Positions 1 to 19,917 of a stretch of 64,000 nucleotides of DNA are shown in pieces. The translations under genes and the position numbers were made by a program. The notes below the pieces were generated by a model. The model made no database searches. It saw nothing but the letters and a program-made list of their open reading frames with translations, and was not told the DNA's origin. Origin of the DNA: Amoebidium appalachense (lineage: Eukaryota; Protista; Ichthyosporea); contig CAVNZM010000016.1 in NCBI GenBank assembly GCA_963693365.1, positions 1,099,631 through 1,163,630 of the forward strand, in the 5' to 3' direction. Each line of letters starts with the position of its first letter. The stretch's first letter is position 1.

Positions 1-93
<93 letters not shown>

Positions 94-347
94 CGCGCAC
101 GCTTGTGCGTCCGTGTGCGTGAGTGAGTGAGTGAATGAGTGAGTGAGTGAGCGAGTGTATGTTTTTGTGCTTGCGTGCGCACGTGTGTGTGTGCGCGTGC
201 ACCCATGTGTGTGTGTAATAACCGGTGCACCTAACAGTAAAAAAGGCCGGGCCTGAAACATACCAGCATCATACTCAAACATACATCCCTTCTACAACCT
301 CACTATTCACTACAAACCTAGTAGAACTGCCCCCCCCCCCCCCCCCC

Positions 348-407
<60 letters not shown>

Positions 408-1040
408 AGCGGCCAAATATCTCCTCATCATCCTAGCCCACTACTGTTTTCATCAAAACTTCGGTTAAAAAAAAAAAGTGCCCCCCCCCCCCCCCCCCCC
501 CCTTCCTCCCCCCCCCAAACACACACACACGCACAGACTCAGACACCCCAACCCTCCACACCACCACACACAGGCCCACACACACCTTCCCCCCCCCTCC
601 CTGCCCCCCCCCCCCCCCCCCCCCCCACACACACACATACACACTCCCGCCTACACACAAGACACACAAAAACACACCACCCCCCCACCTACCCTACCAG
701 CCCTGCATCACACCCCAACCCCGCCCACCCACACACCCACACACACACACACACACACCCACACCCACACACACACACACACACACCCACACCCACACAC
801 ACACCTCCATCACCGGGCACACAGAAAACACAAATCCCTGGATTGTGCGGTAGAAACCAGAGTTCTTATCCAACAAGAAAGGGCACACACACACCCACAC
901 GCACACCCCCCCCCCCCAAAAAAAAAAACGAAAACAAAAAAAAACAAAAAAACACACACACACACAAACAGAAAGCACACACACAGAAAGAAGACAAACT
1001 AAAAGGAAAACAAAAAAGACGACATTTTCCCACCCACACC

Positions 1041-6383
<5,343 letters not shown>

Positions 6384-7526
6384 TCTGTATATCTTCGTGT
6401 GTGTATCAACTCGTAAGACTCGCGATGATAACGATGATGTAAGTAAAACTCTAAAATTTGCTGCGTATATATCGTTAAGTGTTGGAAGTAGTTGCAGGTA
6501 TGCGTCAGGCAGTGATGCACTGAAAGGGTAAACTGATGATTCATGTGGATGTGAAAAATCTGGTTGGAGCAAACGAGGTTCGTTCCTTCCACACACACAA
6601 CTGAAAGATTCCACAAAATACACTTCTGTTACTATTTCCTCGCAGAAGATGACTTTTGTTTCCTAACAAAGATGCAAAGAACTTCGAAAGCAAGTGTTGC
6701 GGCGGTGACTGGCAGCTGGCAGCTGGCTCAGTCTCAGCGCAGCTCAGCGCGAGAAAGTTTTGGGTGCCGTCATTGCGAACTTTCCATTTTTGGAATAATC
6801 ATTTCCCATATTAGGTATTTGTGCAAAGTTGCTTTCAAAACTTGTTTTCGAAATTCGATGACTGCGCTTATCATAGTTTAGCGTCCACTGAGGCCTAGGC
6901 CTAGAAAGTAAGAAAGGTACCTTTAATTAGTGGTAAAAACGCGTACGTAATCTGTTTAACAAGTCTATATTTATGATGTTTACTATAATCCATCATGAAG
7001 GGGTAGCGAGGTGTGAAGAAAGTTACTCATCTCAAAAGAATGTTCACGAAAACAGCCAAAAAGCCGACGGTGGATGATGATCATAGTGTTGCAGTGTAGT
7101 AATGCACTATAAAACATGTTTTCTCGATGGGCCTTGGTAAAGCAATATATTTGCTTTGTTCATAGAAGATTTGATATCTATATGATTATTTTCACTGGCA
7201 CGTACTGACTGTGCCCTCTAGCCTATGTACGATAAATCGACACTGGCTGAGCTATTTTTCAAGGTAGGTGAGTCACGTGATCAGCCGCTCTCCGTATCGT
7301 CTGCGTCTCCTTGAAAAATAAGAGCTACCTCCGAAGGTAGCAGTTATTTTCAAGGTACAAAAGCCTGGTTCTTTGATGGAGGGTGATGATTCATCTAAAA
7401 ATTTACTCTAATTGAGCCATTATTCCAAAAATCCCCGGGATATATGAGATGAGTAGGTTACTCATGCTCCATTATGGGGAGGGCAGAAACCACAAATTTG
7501 AAACACGCACACGCGTGCGCGCGCGT

Positions 7527-7610
<84 letters not shown>

Positions 7611-7730
7611 GCGCGCACACACACCGCCACACACAGCACACAGCATGCACACTCGGACCCTCTCCCCCCTCCCCCCGCACACATACACGGTGTCTCACAA
7701 AATAGGTGTACACAACACACACCCTGCGCC

Positions 7731-7826
<96 letters not shown>

Positions 7827-9091
7827 TACACACAGTCAACACGATAACGATGGTCTATTCAAAATCTGCAGCTTTATTGGGAACCACACTAAGGCGTTGG
7901 TGGGTGGAGCTGAAGACCTTGAGAGGTTGAGGTGCCACAGGAAACAGCCCGAGGGGGGATGAGGAGGGGGTGGGAGGGGGGGGGGGGGGGGGGGGAGGGA
8001 GGGGTTTGGTGGAGACGGGGAGGGGGGGGAGGGGAGGGGGGGGGGGGAGGGGGGAGGGAAAGGGGGGGGGGGGGGGCGCGCGAGGGGAAGGGGGGGGGGG
8101 GGGGGGGGGATTGAGAAGGGAGCCTTGGCTCCTGGGGAGGGTGTGGGGGCCCGGGGGGGAGGGGGGGGGGGGGAGGGAGGGGAGGAGGCATGCTTCTTAG
8201 GTAATCTACCTCTGGGGGGGGGGGGGGGGGGGGGGGAGGGAAGGGGGTTTATGAACAGAAACGCGCATGAAGGCAGGGGGCTTATGTTCACGCATGAACA
8301 CTGAAACACACACGAGAAGAGAAGATGTCTTGTAACTAAGATATCGCTGTAACTAACTAAATACTGCCACAGATTGATTAGAAAAAGTCGGTCCGGCACG
8401 GTGACCGAGTAAACAGGCAGTAGCACCGGGCACATACTAATATGTAGTAGCTACCCACCCACTAAAATGATAAAATGATTTGGGCTAGCAGTTAAAGGTT
8501 ACCAGCGGCTACACAAAATGCAGCTAAACGGCAGGCTAGTGCTTAATCATATAACGTGATGTAGAATATATTCAGTTAAAATTTTAACTCAAGCTAAGAA
8601 GAACACTTCGTCTGGTTTTTTACCTACTGTAATATCGCTTTTTGGCCCAACTTACCAAGCGCTCCAACGTGTTCTTGTATGCTTCAATGATCCATATGCG
8701 TAAACGTACGGCACAGACAACCGTGACAAGAGATGTACGTTCACACAAGTTTTATCAATTAGTCTATACATGTGCAAGTACACACACATGCATCACGAGC
8801 CCCGGTATTCACTCGCTAATGTGCCAAATATGGTCATATACACCCTTAACCAATTCATCACGAACACCGGTGTTTACACGATAATGTGCCAAATATGGTC
8901 ATATACACCCTTAAATAATTTGTAAATCACACTCACGAGGAGTTAAGTACCCACATCTCGGTTAGACTATCGATGTGACATGATGGCCAGAACCCTTTTA
9001 ATTGAAATAATGCAGAAAGCCTAATTGGTGGGTGGGTGCTCGGGTGGTGAAGGGGAGGCACGGGGAAAAGGAGGGGTGGAGGGGGCATCAA

Positions 9092-9124
<33 letters not shown>

Positions 9125-9284
9125 GGGGAGGGAGGGAGGCGGGAGGAAGGCAAGGGAGGGGGGTGGGGGGGTGGGGGGCTGTTTCGGTTGCAATCGAGGA
9201 GAGATGGAGAGGGGAAAGAGCCGCTGTGGAGAAGTGCATCTGCCGATTTTTAGTCATTGGGTTTGATTGTTGCACGGAGAAGAT

Positions 9285-9366
9285 AAACAAAATAAAAACC
9301 TGCTGAATTCGGATCCAGTATGATCCCTATGTACTGGATCCGAATTCAGCAGCTTTTATTTTGTTT
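9285..9366. repeat. Long inverted repeat / hairpin
   Basis: CTGCTGAATTCGGATCCAGTA (9300-9320) pairs perfectly with 9332-9352 around an 11-nt loop, extending imperfectly to about 35 bp. Confidence 0.9.
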
Positions 9367-9740
9367 TTCTGTTCATGCCCAGTGCGAGCTGGAAAATCAA
9401 TTAATGAAATACACACGCTCAATCATTAAGCTTAAACTAAACACTCCTCCACTGACACATGGAATCTATATTAGGTACTCAGTTGTGTGGCAATGTTGCG
9501 GCAGACACCCACAATCAAACGTTATGATACAAATCATCGAAACCGGGAGCAGGTATGATACTAGCAAACCAGAGGCAGTCTACGTATCATTTTTACTGTT
9601 GCCGCTTGCATTTACAAGAGATTCATATATATGATGAAAATCAGATTAGCGCTAGCACACTGTACCCTACATGTACATCTGACACCATCAATCACTGGAA
9701 AAAAGAGTCGACAGGCCCCCGGCCGGAGCAGCCGTGGAAA

Positions 9741-10727
9741 TTAGAAGGGTTTGTCGCCAGCGAGGGTAATGCGATGCACAACACGACGCTCCTTGGCCGC
9801 GTCAAAGTCTGCGGTAGCACGGTGCTGCGTCAGCCTGTTGTCCCAGAAAGCCACATCCCCGAGCTTCCACGACCACCGCACCGTAAACTCGGCATGCTGA
9901 GAGTGCTCAAAGAGAAGCAAGAGAATGTGCTTGCTCTCAGTGTCGCTCACACCCACAATCTTCTTGGTGAAAATCTTGTTCACAAAGAGCCCCTTCTTGC
10001 CAGAGACAGGGTGCGTGCGTACGACTGGGTGGACGACGGGGGGGAGGGTTTCCTTTGCAGCCACCCAATTCTCCCAAATCTTCTTGAGGGGACCCTCCGC
10101 GTTCTTGTACTGGCCATAGTACTCCTCCGAGAACGCGTAGGTGAAGCTATGTTCAGCCTGAAGGCTTTCCGCAAGGCTCTTCACGGGCTCAGAGAGAGCT
10201 TCGTATGCGGCGATCAAACTACCCCAGTGCGTGTCTCCACCAACGGAAGGAAGCACGCGGGGGACAAGCACGGCGCCGAGGGGTGGGTTGGCGTCGAAGG
10301 TCACGTCCGTGTGCCACGTGTTGTCGCGATAACGGCTCCCACCATCATTCTTTGAATACTTCAGAAACACATCGCTGTCGAGGACAAGCGCCTCGGGGGC
10401 CGCGTCTCCGCCGGCAGCCTGGTTTAAGCCACGCGACAGGGGGTGAACGTGAAGGCCGTGGGGGGCAAACTGCAGCCCGAACTCCTTCTGCTGTTCGGGC
10501 GTGATGTGTTGGTTCTCGAAGAAAATCACTCCGTGTTCGATGACGGCGGCTTCAATGGCGTCCCGTGTCTCCTTGTCGAGTGGTTTGGTCAGGTCGGCGC
10601 CCGCCACCAGAGCCCCAATGTGGGGGGAAAGCTTGCGAATGGTCAAGTTTCCCTTTTGGTAGACGGCGGAGGGTTTGCCTTCGGTGCCCGTGGTAGACTG
10701 AATGTCGACAGCTGCGGCGGGGGGCAT
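9741..10727 (-). CDS. tauD: TauD/TfdA-family Fe(II)/2-oxoglutarate dioxygenase (taurine/sulfonate dioxygenase-like), intronless, 328 aa
   Basis: Motifs LSPHIGALVAGADL, EHGVIFFENQHITPEQQ, WHTDVTF (HxD), GGDTHW, HPVVRTHPVSGKKGLFVN and GDVAFWDNRLTQHRA. Start taken at MPPAAAV (10727) because the upstream in-frame extension looks non-coding. Confidence 0.92.
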   Translation of the reverse strand: MPPAAAVDIQSTTGTEGKPSAVYQKGNLTIRKLSPHIGALVAGADLTKPLDKETRDAIEAAVIEHGVIFFENQHITPEQQKEFGLQFAPHGLHVHPLSRGLNQAAGGDAAPEALVLDSDVFLKYSKNDGGSRYRDNTWHTDVTFDANPPLGAVLVPRVLPSVGGDTHWGSLIAAYEALSEPVKSLAESLQAEHSFTYAFSEEYYGQYKNAEGPLKKIWENWVAAKETLPPVVHPVVRTHPVSGKKGLFVNKIFTKKIVGVSDTESKHILLLLFEHSQHAEFTVRWSWKLGDVAFWDNRLTQHRATADFDAAKERRVVHRITLAGDKPF

Positions 10728-12713
10728 TTTCGCGGAATGAGGTGGGGGTGTGCTGAGTGAGCAAATGTTATTATTATTGCTGTTGTGCAATGAAACGTGT
10801 TCCATGGTTTTTGCCGTTTTATACCTGCACGGGGGGGGGGAGCAGGCGCAGCCGGCTGTTCGGCTACACGAGTGCATGCTTTTTTTTTGGTTTTTGGGGC
10901 CCTTCCAAACTGAACTTTCAGAATGTGCGTTCCGTGCACCGTGATTCCGGAACTGGGGATCTACAATGTACCAATCAATCAACGAGAAATTAACCCAAAA
11001 ATAGACCAGATCTCGAAAGTATGAATGAAGATTTGAAAACGTTAATCGGCTCAGAATCGGCTCATCGTCATCATAAGGATGCATTGTGATTGGCTGTGAG
11101 AGCTGACCAATCAAAATCAGCGGGCATCATGGAAGTGTGGGAACTTGGCCCTCTGAACACAGAGCACAGGGCCGTGCTTGGAACCAGGCTAGGCAGCCAG
11201 GGTTCGAGGCTACACGTCCTGGTTTGGGATTCGCCAATAAAAATTTGGGAAAAGCGTTTGGGAAAATCCTGGGCGTGCACAAAAACATAATAAACAGACA
11301 CGGCCCTCCTCCTCGCGATCGGCCCCCGGGCCCAGTGACCCACTGTCATACCCACGTGGCCCGCAGGGCCCGCAACCCTCTTCGGATCCCCCTTCCCCCC
11401 CCGGCCCTGCCCGGGGCGGGCCCCCTCCCGGTCCCGGGCCTCCCCCCCCCCCCCCCCCCCCCCCGGGCCCCCCCTCCGTTTGCCCTCACTGGAAAAGAAA
11501 CCCTCCCCCCCCCCCCCCCCCCCGCCCCCCCCCCCCCCACCCCCTTCCCCACCCCCGGGGTCCCCGGCCCCCGCGGCATGATCGATGGGCATGTGCACCA
11601 ATACACGGCTGTGTACTCACCCACAGCCTCATCATCCCACTTGTAACCCACTACGTGATCATGAGTCCCCCCTCCCGAGGCTCGCCCTATCCCCGCCCCC
11701 CGCCTCCCTCCTCCGGAACCCTCCCCCTACCTCCCTCCCCTCCCCGCCCCATTCCCTCTCCTTCCCCCCTCCCCTCCCCCTCCCTCCCAGGGAGGCCTCC
11801 CCCCCCCCCCCCCCCCCCCCCCCACCCCCCCCACCCCCCCCCCCCCTCAAATCCCCGGAGGTTCTTTGGGCTAATCCGGAAAAAAAAAAGTTTGGCGAAT
11901 TCCCAAGCTCTTTTGGGAATTTCGATCCCTGCTTCAACAAAAAAGCATCGATCGTGCAAGTTGATCGACTCAGTTTGATGTGCCACAACAGTGATGCGTG
12001 ATGCTATTGCGCAACTTGGTGGCAAATAAATGCACTTCCACCTAGAGTCAACTTGACAAGGTTCATATGCACTGCAAATAATGGTCACAGTATTATTATC
12101 ATCTGATCATGGACGAAGACCGCAGTATGATAAGTATTTGAGGGAGATTCATTTGAGTTGTACAACATGTACACAACAATGTCGTATGCGCATGCATGTG
12201 CAACTTTCATATAAAAGAAATGTGCAACTTGTGGCACCATTGATTGGCATCACGTGCACTTTAAAATAACTTCCATGTACACACTAATATCAAATATTTG
12301 CCCGTTCGACTCGGCTACGGCATGTCCGAGTGATGATACCATAGTACATTATTGGGGCGTGGTGACAACGTTAACAACCCCCCCCCCCCCCCCCCCCCCC
12401 GGCGCCCCCCCTCCCACACACACACACACAAACATATACCCCCCCCCCCCCCCCACCCGGCCCCCGCTCCCTCGTGATCACATTCACCCCCCCCCCCCCC
12501 CTCCCCCCCCCCCCCGGGCAGACCCAGTGGTACAATGCGTACATGCATGTACGCTGCGCCCCCACACCGTGGCGTACGCGCGCACCCAACATATATGTAC
12601 ACTCACCCGCACGTGCACAGACACACACTAGTTGAATTCGAGCGGTGTAGCTAAGTTCTGGGTTACACCTCTCTCGGTCTCCCTCCCTCTATCCTTCACT
12701 GCCCCCTTCTCGG

Positions 12714-12748
<35 letters not shown>

Positions 12749-12979
12749 CTCTCTCTCTCTCTCTCTCTCAATTACACACACTCACACACCCACACACCCA
12801 CCCACCCACCCACCCACACCCACACCCACACCCACACCCACACCCACACACTCTCTCTCTTTCTCTCTTTCTTTCTCTCTCCCTCTCTCTCTCTCCCTCC
12901 CCCCTCAGAGTCTCTCCCTCTCTACCTCTCTCTCTCGAGTTTCTCTCTCATTCTCTCTAGCTCTCTCTCTCTCTCTCTC

Positions 12980-13020
<41 letters not shown>

Positions 13021-13507
13021 TTTCTCTTTTTCTCTCCCCGGGCCTTCTCTCTCGCTATCTCTCTCGTTCTCTTTTTCAGGGCTCACCTACGCCCCCTCTC
13101 TCTCTTCCGGCTTTCCCCCTCCCCCCCAGGCTGCCCCAACCCTTTCATTAGTTATCAGCAACTAGCACCACCACTGAAACACACCAAAGGCCTAGTTGAT
13201 GGGCTGCATCTTCCACAATCCCCCCCCCCCTCCCCCCCCGCCCACCGCCACCGCCACCGCCACCCCAGGAAAAAAGAAAAAGAAAAAAGAAAAAAAGAAA
13301 AAGAAAAAAGAAAAAAAGGAAAAAAAAGAAAACGAACCGAAAAGAAATGAAGTGAAGTGAAGTCAAAAGAAAAGGGTAAAGATCACGAAACAAAAGAATT
13401 AAATGTATCGGAGCCTACAACTTTAAATGAAGAAGAAAAAGGCCGACATTAACTAGAGAAAAGTTTTGAAATTAAAACTTGCATGCTCGCGTTCACCCAC
13501 CCCGTGG

Positions 13508-13565
<58 letters not shown>

Positions 13566-13875
13566 TCACCTCCCCCCTCCCCCCTCCCCCCTCCCCCCGC
13601 CCCCCCCCCCACACACAAGCCACGTTACTTGAAATGGTACTTTGGTTTCCCAGGGCTGTTATCGCAACAATGGGACTCTGATTGGCCGTTTTCATATAAA
13701 CGATTCGTTTTTATTAAAACGTTAACAACAAAAAAAGTAGGAATATGGGAGCGTAACCATTAGTGAACCAATTTATAGCGTGAGCACGAAAAAAAAACCA
13801 AAAAAAAAACCACACACACACACCCACACAACAAACCCCAAACCGCAATCATCAAAGGGAGGAAGGGGGAGGTGT

Positions 13876-13906
<31 letters not shown>

Positions 13907-13999
13907 GGGGGGGAGGGGGAGTTCGGTGCACGAACGGGGACAAACAAAGAGAGCGTGGCAATGCATGTCAGCGTAGATTATTTCAATTCGATTATTACC

Positions 14000-14083
<84 letters not shown>

Positions 14084-14452
14084 GGCTGGGGCGCGCGTGT
14101 GTTTGTTTGGCCTGTGTGTGCATGTGTGACTGTGCATGTGCGTGGGTGTATGACACAAGCAGCACAGCTGCAAATACGACTTTATTGTGTTCGTGAAAAT
14201 TCTCGACAATTATTGCCCTTCACCTTCAACATATTAGAATCCCTCACGCACTTTGCCGTGTTTGTGCAAGTGTATAGTATACAAATATGTGGCCATCTTT
14301 ACTACGTTGCTTGCGTGCAGTCATACATACATGTTTTGTTGTCTTCATCTATATGTATTAAAAATATAGTAGTTTCACCTTCGTATTCAGAGTAATCAAG
14401 AAAGAGAGTCCTTCATACTTTAAATCTGTCCCTTTGGAGGCGTCCATAGGTC

Positions 14453-14496
14453 TCACCTCCGTCCCTTGCTCTTCTTCCCGCCACCCCCGCCACGGC

Positions 14497-14534
<38 letters not shown>

Positions 14535-14611
14535 TGCGCGCATGCGGAGCACGTGTTTAGGAAAAGAGGGAGAAGATGAAGTAGACACGTCAGTCAGTCT
14601 ACAGGCTACCG

Positions 14612-14643
<32 letters not shown>

Positions 14644-15382
14644 ACACACACACACAAAAACAAACGAAACAAACAAAACCAAAAAAAAAAAAAAAAAAAA
14701 AAAAAACACAAACACCCACACCCACCACAGACATGGACTCACGCCCAGCCATTTTTTTAACCACACGAACGAACCTCTCGAGCTTCTATTGCACAATACC
14801 CGCTTACCTATTTCCACAGATCCAATGCACCAAGGTGAATACCATACACAAACACACACAGGCTTCCCTACCCACCTACCATCACACCTTACACGGCATA
14901 CCCCCCCCCTCCCCCCCCCCCCCCCCCCTTCACACATACACAAACACAAACAAACACACCCCCACACACAAATATCTGCTCACCCACCAACTCCCCCTAC
15001 CCCCCCAAAACACACGCACACACACACGCACACACGCACCTCTTGTTCATGGCCTTCTTCCTGCGCACCTCCTTCACGTGCTGCTCCTTCCTCTCCTTGA
15101 TCTTCCTTTGTTTCAGCAGCTGGTCCTTGTTCTTCAGCTCACTGCGCACACGACCACCCTTGCTTGCTGCAAACGTAGGCGGAAAAAAAGAGAAAAAAGG
15201 AAAAAGGGAGGCAAAAAGAGAGGGGGGGGGGGGAAGGGTCGTTAGAAGAATGGGAGAGAAACTCAAAGTTCCCACCTAGAAACTCAAAATGAGACACTGG
15301 CATGCTGCAAGTGTGTGGCGGAAAATGGTGGGGAAGGAGTGAGGGAGGGAGGAAGGGAGGGAGAGAGCAAGAGAGAGACAGA

Positions 15383-15462
<80 letters not shown>

Positions 15463-15721
15463 TGTGGAACACCGTACGAAGAACAACTACACAATGAGAA
15501 CACTGTGCAGAATACATGCAAAGGGATACATCGAAGTATGCAACATGAGCAACACGCTTAGTGTGCGAATAGAGCAAAGCCCATCCTCAGAGAGAGAGAG
15601 AGGGGGGGGGGGGAGGGATGTATGCATTAGAAGATTGAAATCAAACTCTATAGAGGGGAGAAGTCATAAGGAAAAAAACACAGAATAACATCGCCAGAGC
15701 TCCCCCCCCCCCCCCCCTTTT

Positions 15722-15760
<39 letters not shown>

Positions 15761-16784
15761 GGGGGGGGGGGGGGGGGGGAGGGGAGGAGAGGGGGGTAGG
15801 CACGTACCCTTCTCCTTCTGAGGGCCACGTGCATAGTCGGACCTCCCTCTGGCCCTGCCCTTCTCTAGCTGCGGAATGTTCTCGTCTCCACGGCCCACGT
15901 GGTGCTTCTCCTTCCACTGCTTGTAGCTGATACCCGCCCAATCACGTGTTAGTTGCAATCTATGATTTCAACCAATCACTTCTCTTTCATATTCTTCAGC
16001 TTTCGATCCCCCATATCCCCCATATCCCCCCCCCCCCCCCCCCGGTGAGTGCATGCGCGCATGTGTTTGTGTGTGTGTGTGTTTGTGTGTTTGTGTATGC
16101 CTGTACGGATATGGGTGAAGGTACGGATGTTACTAGGTTTAATTCTTACCCAGAAAAAACGACACACACTTGTTTATAATCCTATTTTATTTCATTTTTA
16201 TAGGGCAGAGAGAGGGGGGGGGGGGGGGGGGGGGCAGGGGGAGAGTTGTCAAACATACATATCCGTCTTGTATGAGGCCAGGATCTTACGGCCAGACTCT
16301 GTGGTGATCTTTTTGTTCTTGCCGTCCGAGTCCTCCCTCACATACTTCTTCTTGCGTCGGTCCCACTTCATCTGGAATTGCCCCACGTACATTTCAGAAG
16401 CAAACATGCGTTTTGTAAACAAAATGAAAAAACACCAACTTTGAACATAAAAAAAGAGACATACACGTTCATCCACCCCCCCACCTCCCCCCCACACACG
16501 CACCTTCTGCTGCTTTGTCTTCATCTCGCCCGCATCCTCCCCCACCATATCCATCACTCCCCTCCCCCCCGTCCAAAAATTGCAGGAAAATAAAAAGACC
16601 CCCCTCCCCCCCACACACACACACACACACACGCGCGCGCGCAGACACACACACACACCTTCTGCTGCTTTGTCTTCATCTCATCCGCATCCTCTCCCAC
16701 CATATCTCCCCTCCCCCCGCCCAAAAATTGTAGGAAAATAACCCCCCTCCCCCATCACAACCCAAAATAGTAGGAAAATAACAC

Positions 16785-16869
<85 letters not shown>

Positions 16870-17456
16870 CACCTTCTGCTGCTTTGTCTTCATCTCATCC
16901 GCATCCTCTCCCACCATATCCATCACCTCCCCCCTTGCCGCCGCAGCAAACGAGTCACCCAAAGCAAGCGCAGACTCGGAGTGGAAGTCTGACGGCCGGT
17001 GGGGAATGTAGTGCTCCCGATCTTGGTGGCCCTTGCCTGCATGTAATTGGTTAGCATTTTGACGTTAGACACTATTGGAAAGTGGCCGTGGGGTATGTGT
17101 TTAGTGGTGGTTTTGGCAATGCCGGAAATGCTAGAGTGCCTTTCACTGGGCAAGCCGTGTTGTTCCATCTCTCTCTCCTTCTCCCCCTTCTCCGCTCTGA
17201 TTCTCTTTCTCCCCCCCCCCCCCCCCCCCCCCTCTCCCCCCTATTCCTTGATTTTTTTTTGCCTCCCTAGGAAGGGGGTAGATGGGGAGGGGGAGGAAGT
17301 TTAGAATGCGGAATTCGGTAAGAAGTGCAACAAGGCGAGATACAAGCAGCAGGGCACATGGAAAGACAAAAATTCAATTATGCAACATCAGTTTTTCAAT
17401 CTTTTTTTTTTCCTTTTTTTTCCTTTTTTTTGGGGGGGGGGGGGGGGGGGGGGGAG

Positions 17457-17522
<66 letters not shown>

Positions 17523-19385
17523 GGGGTATATAAAACGAACACGCACCATCATCCTCCATATCCTCGTGTGTTCTCTTTCTCCTTGCCGGGTCAATGATGT
17601 TGACCCCAAATGCAGCCTCAATGTCATGCTCAGTGCTCGTCTCCATGGCAACAGTAGGAAGATTGGTCGGTTGAGATGCCCTGCTGGCTTGCCTGTGGTC
17701 CAATAGAAATGGTTGGTTAAAAAAAATAATAAATAAAAGAGCAAGGCTGACGATGAAAGAATTTTTTTGGATAAAAGTAGACGGGATATCAGGGCTGGCT
17801 TGGCTGCAGACAAATAAATCCGATCACTTTAGATGACCAAAATGAATTGAATTGCATGGGGACCAATAAAATACGAGCAGCCAAAAACTGGCAAGGATAG
17901 GTGTCTTTTCAGCACGTGCCTCTAGAATTCGATATGGACAGGTAAAAGGTTTGCAGTGTCCACTACTTTGAGGCTCGAGAAGGAATCACCGAGAAACTAC
18001 CCCCCCCCAAAAAAAAAATTGGGGCGAGGGAACGTGATTAAATGCTTTGTAGGGAGTAAAATACACAGCGATGCACACATCCAAGAGTGTGCATTACAAA
18101 AAAACAAGCAGAAATCATCCTTGAGTGAGGGGGAGAGAGGGGGGGGTTGAATGCGTCAAAAAGTACGAAGTACACAAGAACAAACGGATAACACGATGCC
18201 GAATGCAAGCCATACATAAAGAGTATGCATAATAAGCAGAGCCCATCCTCAGGGGGGCCCCACGTCATCCACAGTACCCGAGTTTCGACCTATTCACCTC
18301 GTTAACGAAACCCAACTCAGATACTGTTTCACTTGAACATGGGTAGGTCACCCGTCTTGATCAGAGACGAGCAGGGTTGCTTATGCAGGCAAGGGCAGTG
18401 GGAAAGGCCGGGGGTTAAAGTTGCAGCAGTAAGCAGAAGCAAGAAAAATATATGGGGGGACTCGAAAACTAACACCATGCACACCAGAATCCCCGACGAT
18501 GGTTTAGGGAAACATCTTATTGTTTGAGAAACACAACCGATTTTGAACTTTCCGGCCCGGTGTGGTGCAGCACTTGCCATGTTAGGCAACTACCGTTCCC
18601 ATACATGGCAGGATTGCTCTGGCGTCCACGTAGAAACACACAGCCCCATTGGCTGGGACCATGGCGCAGATAGACGCCGAAAAAAAAGGGGAAAAAAAAA
18701 TAGAACAGGAAAAAAGGAAAATGAAAGAGCACGAAAACGAGAGAAAACGAAACCCTAAAACGGGCGATTACTACAGGCCAAACGATAAACTGGAAAGAGA
18801 ACGGAGAATAAGCTAAAAAGAAAAAAGAAACACAACCCACGGGCAGGAAAGACAAGGCATGCCATGACCGCAAGAGCGCGTCTGCAAGTACACACACACA
18901 CACACACAAAATGTAACTAGTATGACGATTATATTGGCAGAAATGGAAAAGCACCGTTTAAAAAACACGGAATTCAAATACCGCTCGAAAAAACCCAGAA
19001 TTCTGATTCCGACAGAGAACTACAGCAAAGGCACAAAACACATCGGTTGAAACCTTAAACCCCGTAAATATGCAAGTTAATTTGTACTTTCCGGCCCAGT
19101 GTGATGCGGATCCATATATGGGCAGGCTATCTTTAGCGCCCGCATTCCAGCCTCCAGCCCCATAGAGATGGGAATGGGGTGCATACAAAAAGCGCAAGGG
19201 GGGGGGGGGGGGAAATCGAACCTGAGCACCTATGCACTGCAACCTATCGACATAACCACTGCACCACTACAGAAATTACAAACATAAATGCGAACAGAAA
19301 CCCATATAAAGCAACCCTTCCATTTACATCCCCCACCCCCCGCCACATGCAACCGCGCGCACACGCACGCACGCACACACACACA

Positions 19386-19420
<35 letters not shown>

Positions 19421-19881
19421 AAGGGTATTTCGTGCCCGTACGGACAGCCCAACACCCGCACGAGGCAAAGGGCTGGTTTCCTAATTAGGCAACTTCGGTG
19501 TTGCGTCCATAATTTTAACCGCAGATTCCCATTGGCTGGGAGCTGCAGTGCATCTGGCGCAACATCCCCCCCCTCCTCCACACACACACACACACACACA
19601 CACAACAACAAAAAAGGAAAGAAAAAGACAAGAAAACAAAGGAAAACAACTCCCCCAGTGAAGACATGAGAAATGGGAACTTTGATGTATGATCAAGAAT
19701 TATTGTGAAAACGGTAAGTACGCAAAGCCCACAGACTTGAGATATAACGACAGCAAACAGCTGAAGAATAACCAGAGCAGGATAACAGAACGAACATAGA
19801 GAAAAGACTAAGGGATGTTCAGGGGCCCACTCAGCCCACCCACACACGCACAAAAACAGGAAGAGAGAGGGAGAGAGAGAA

Positions 19882-19917
<36 letters not shown>

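Noticed and set aside
8817-8914. 33-bp direct repeat TAATGTGCCAAATATGGTCATATACACCCTTAA, two copies
   Set aside because: Simple local duplication with only two units and no associated features.
9555-10355. 266-aa plus-strand ORF
   Set aside because: Antisense shadow of the tauD CDS with no recognisable motif.
10728-11114. 129-aa N-terminal extension of the TauD ORF
   Set aside because: Non-ATG start; the sequence contains TATA-like and CCAAT motifs and looks like promoter/5' UTR.
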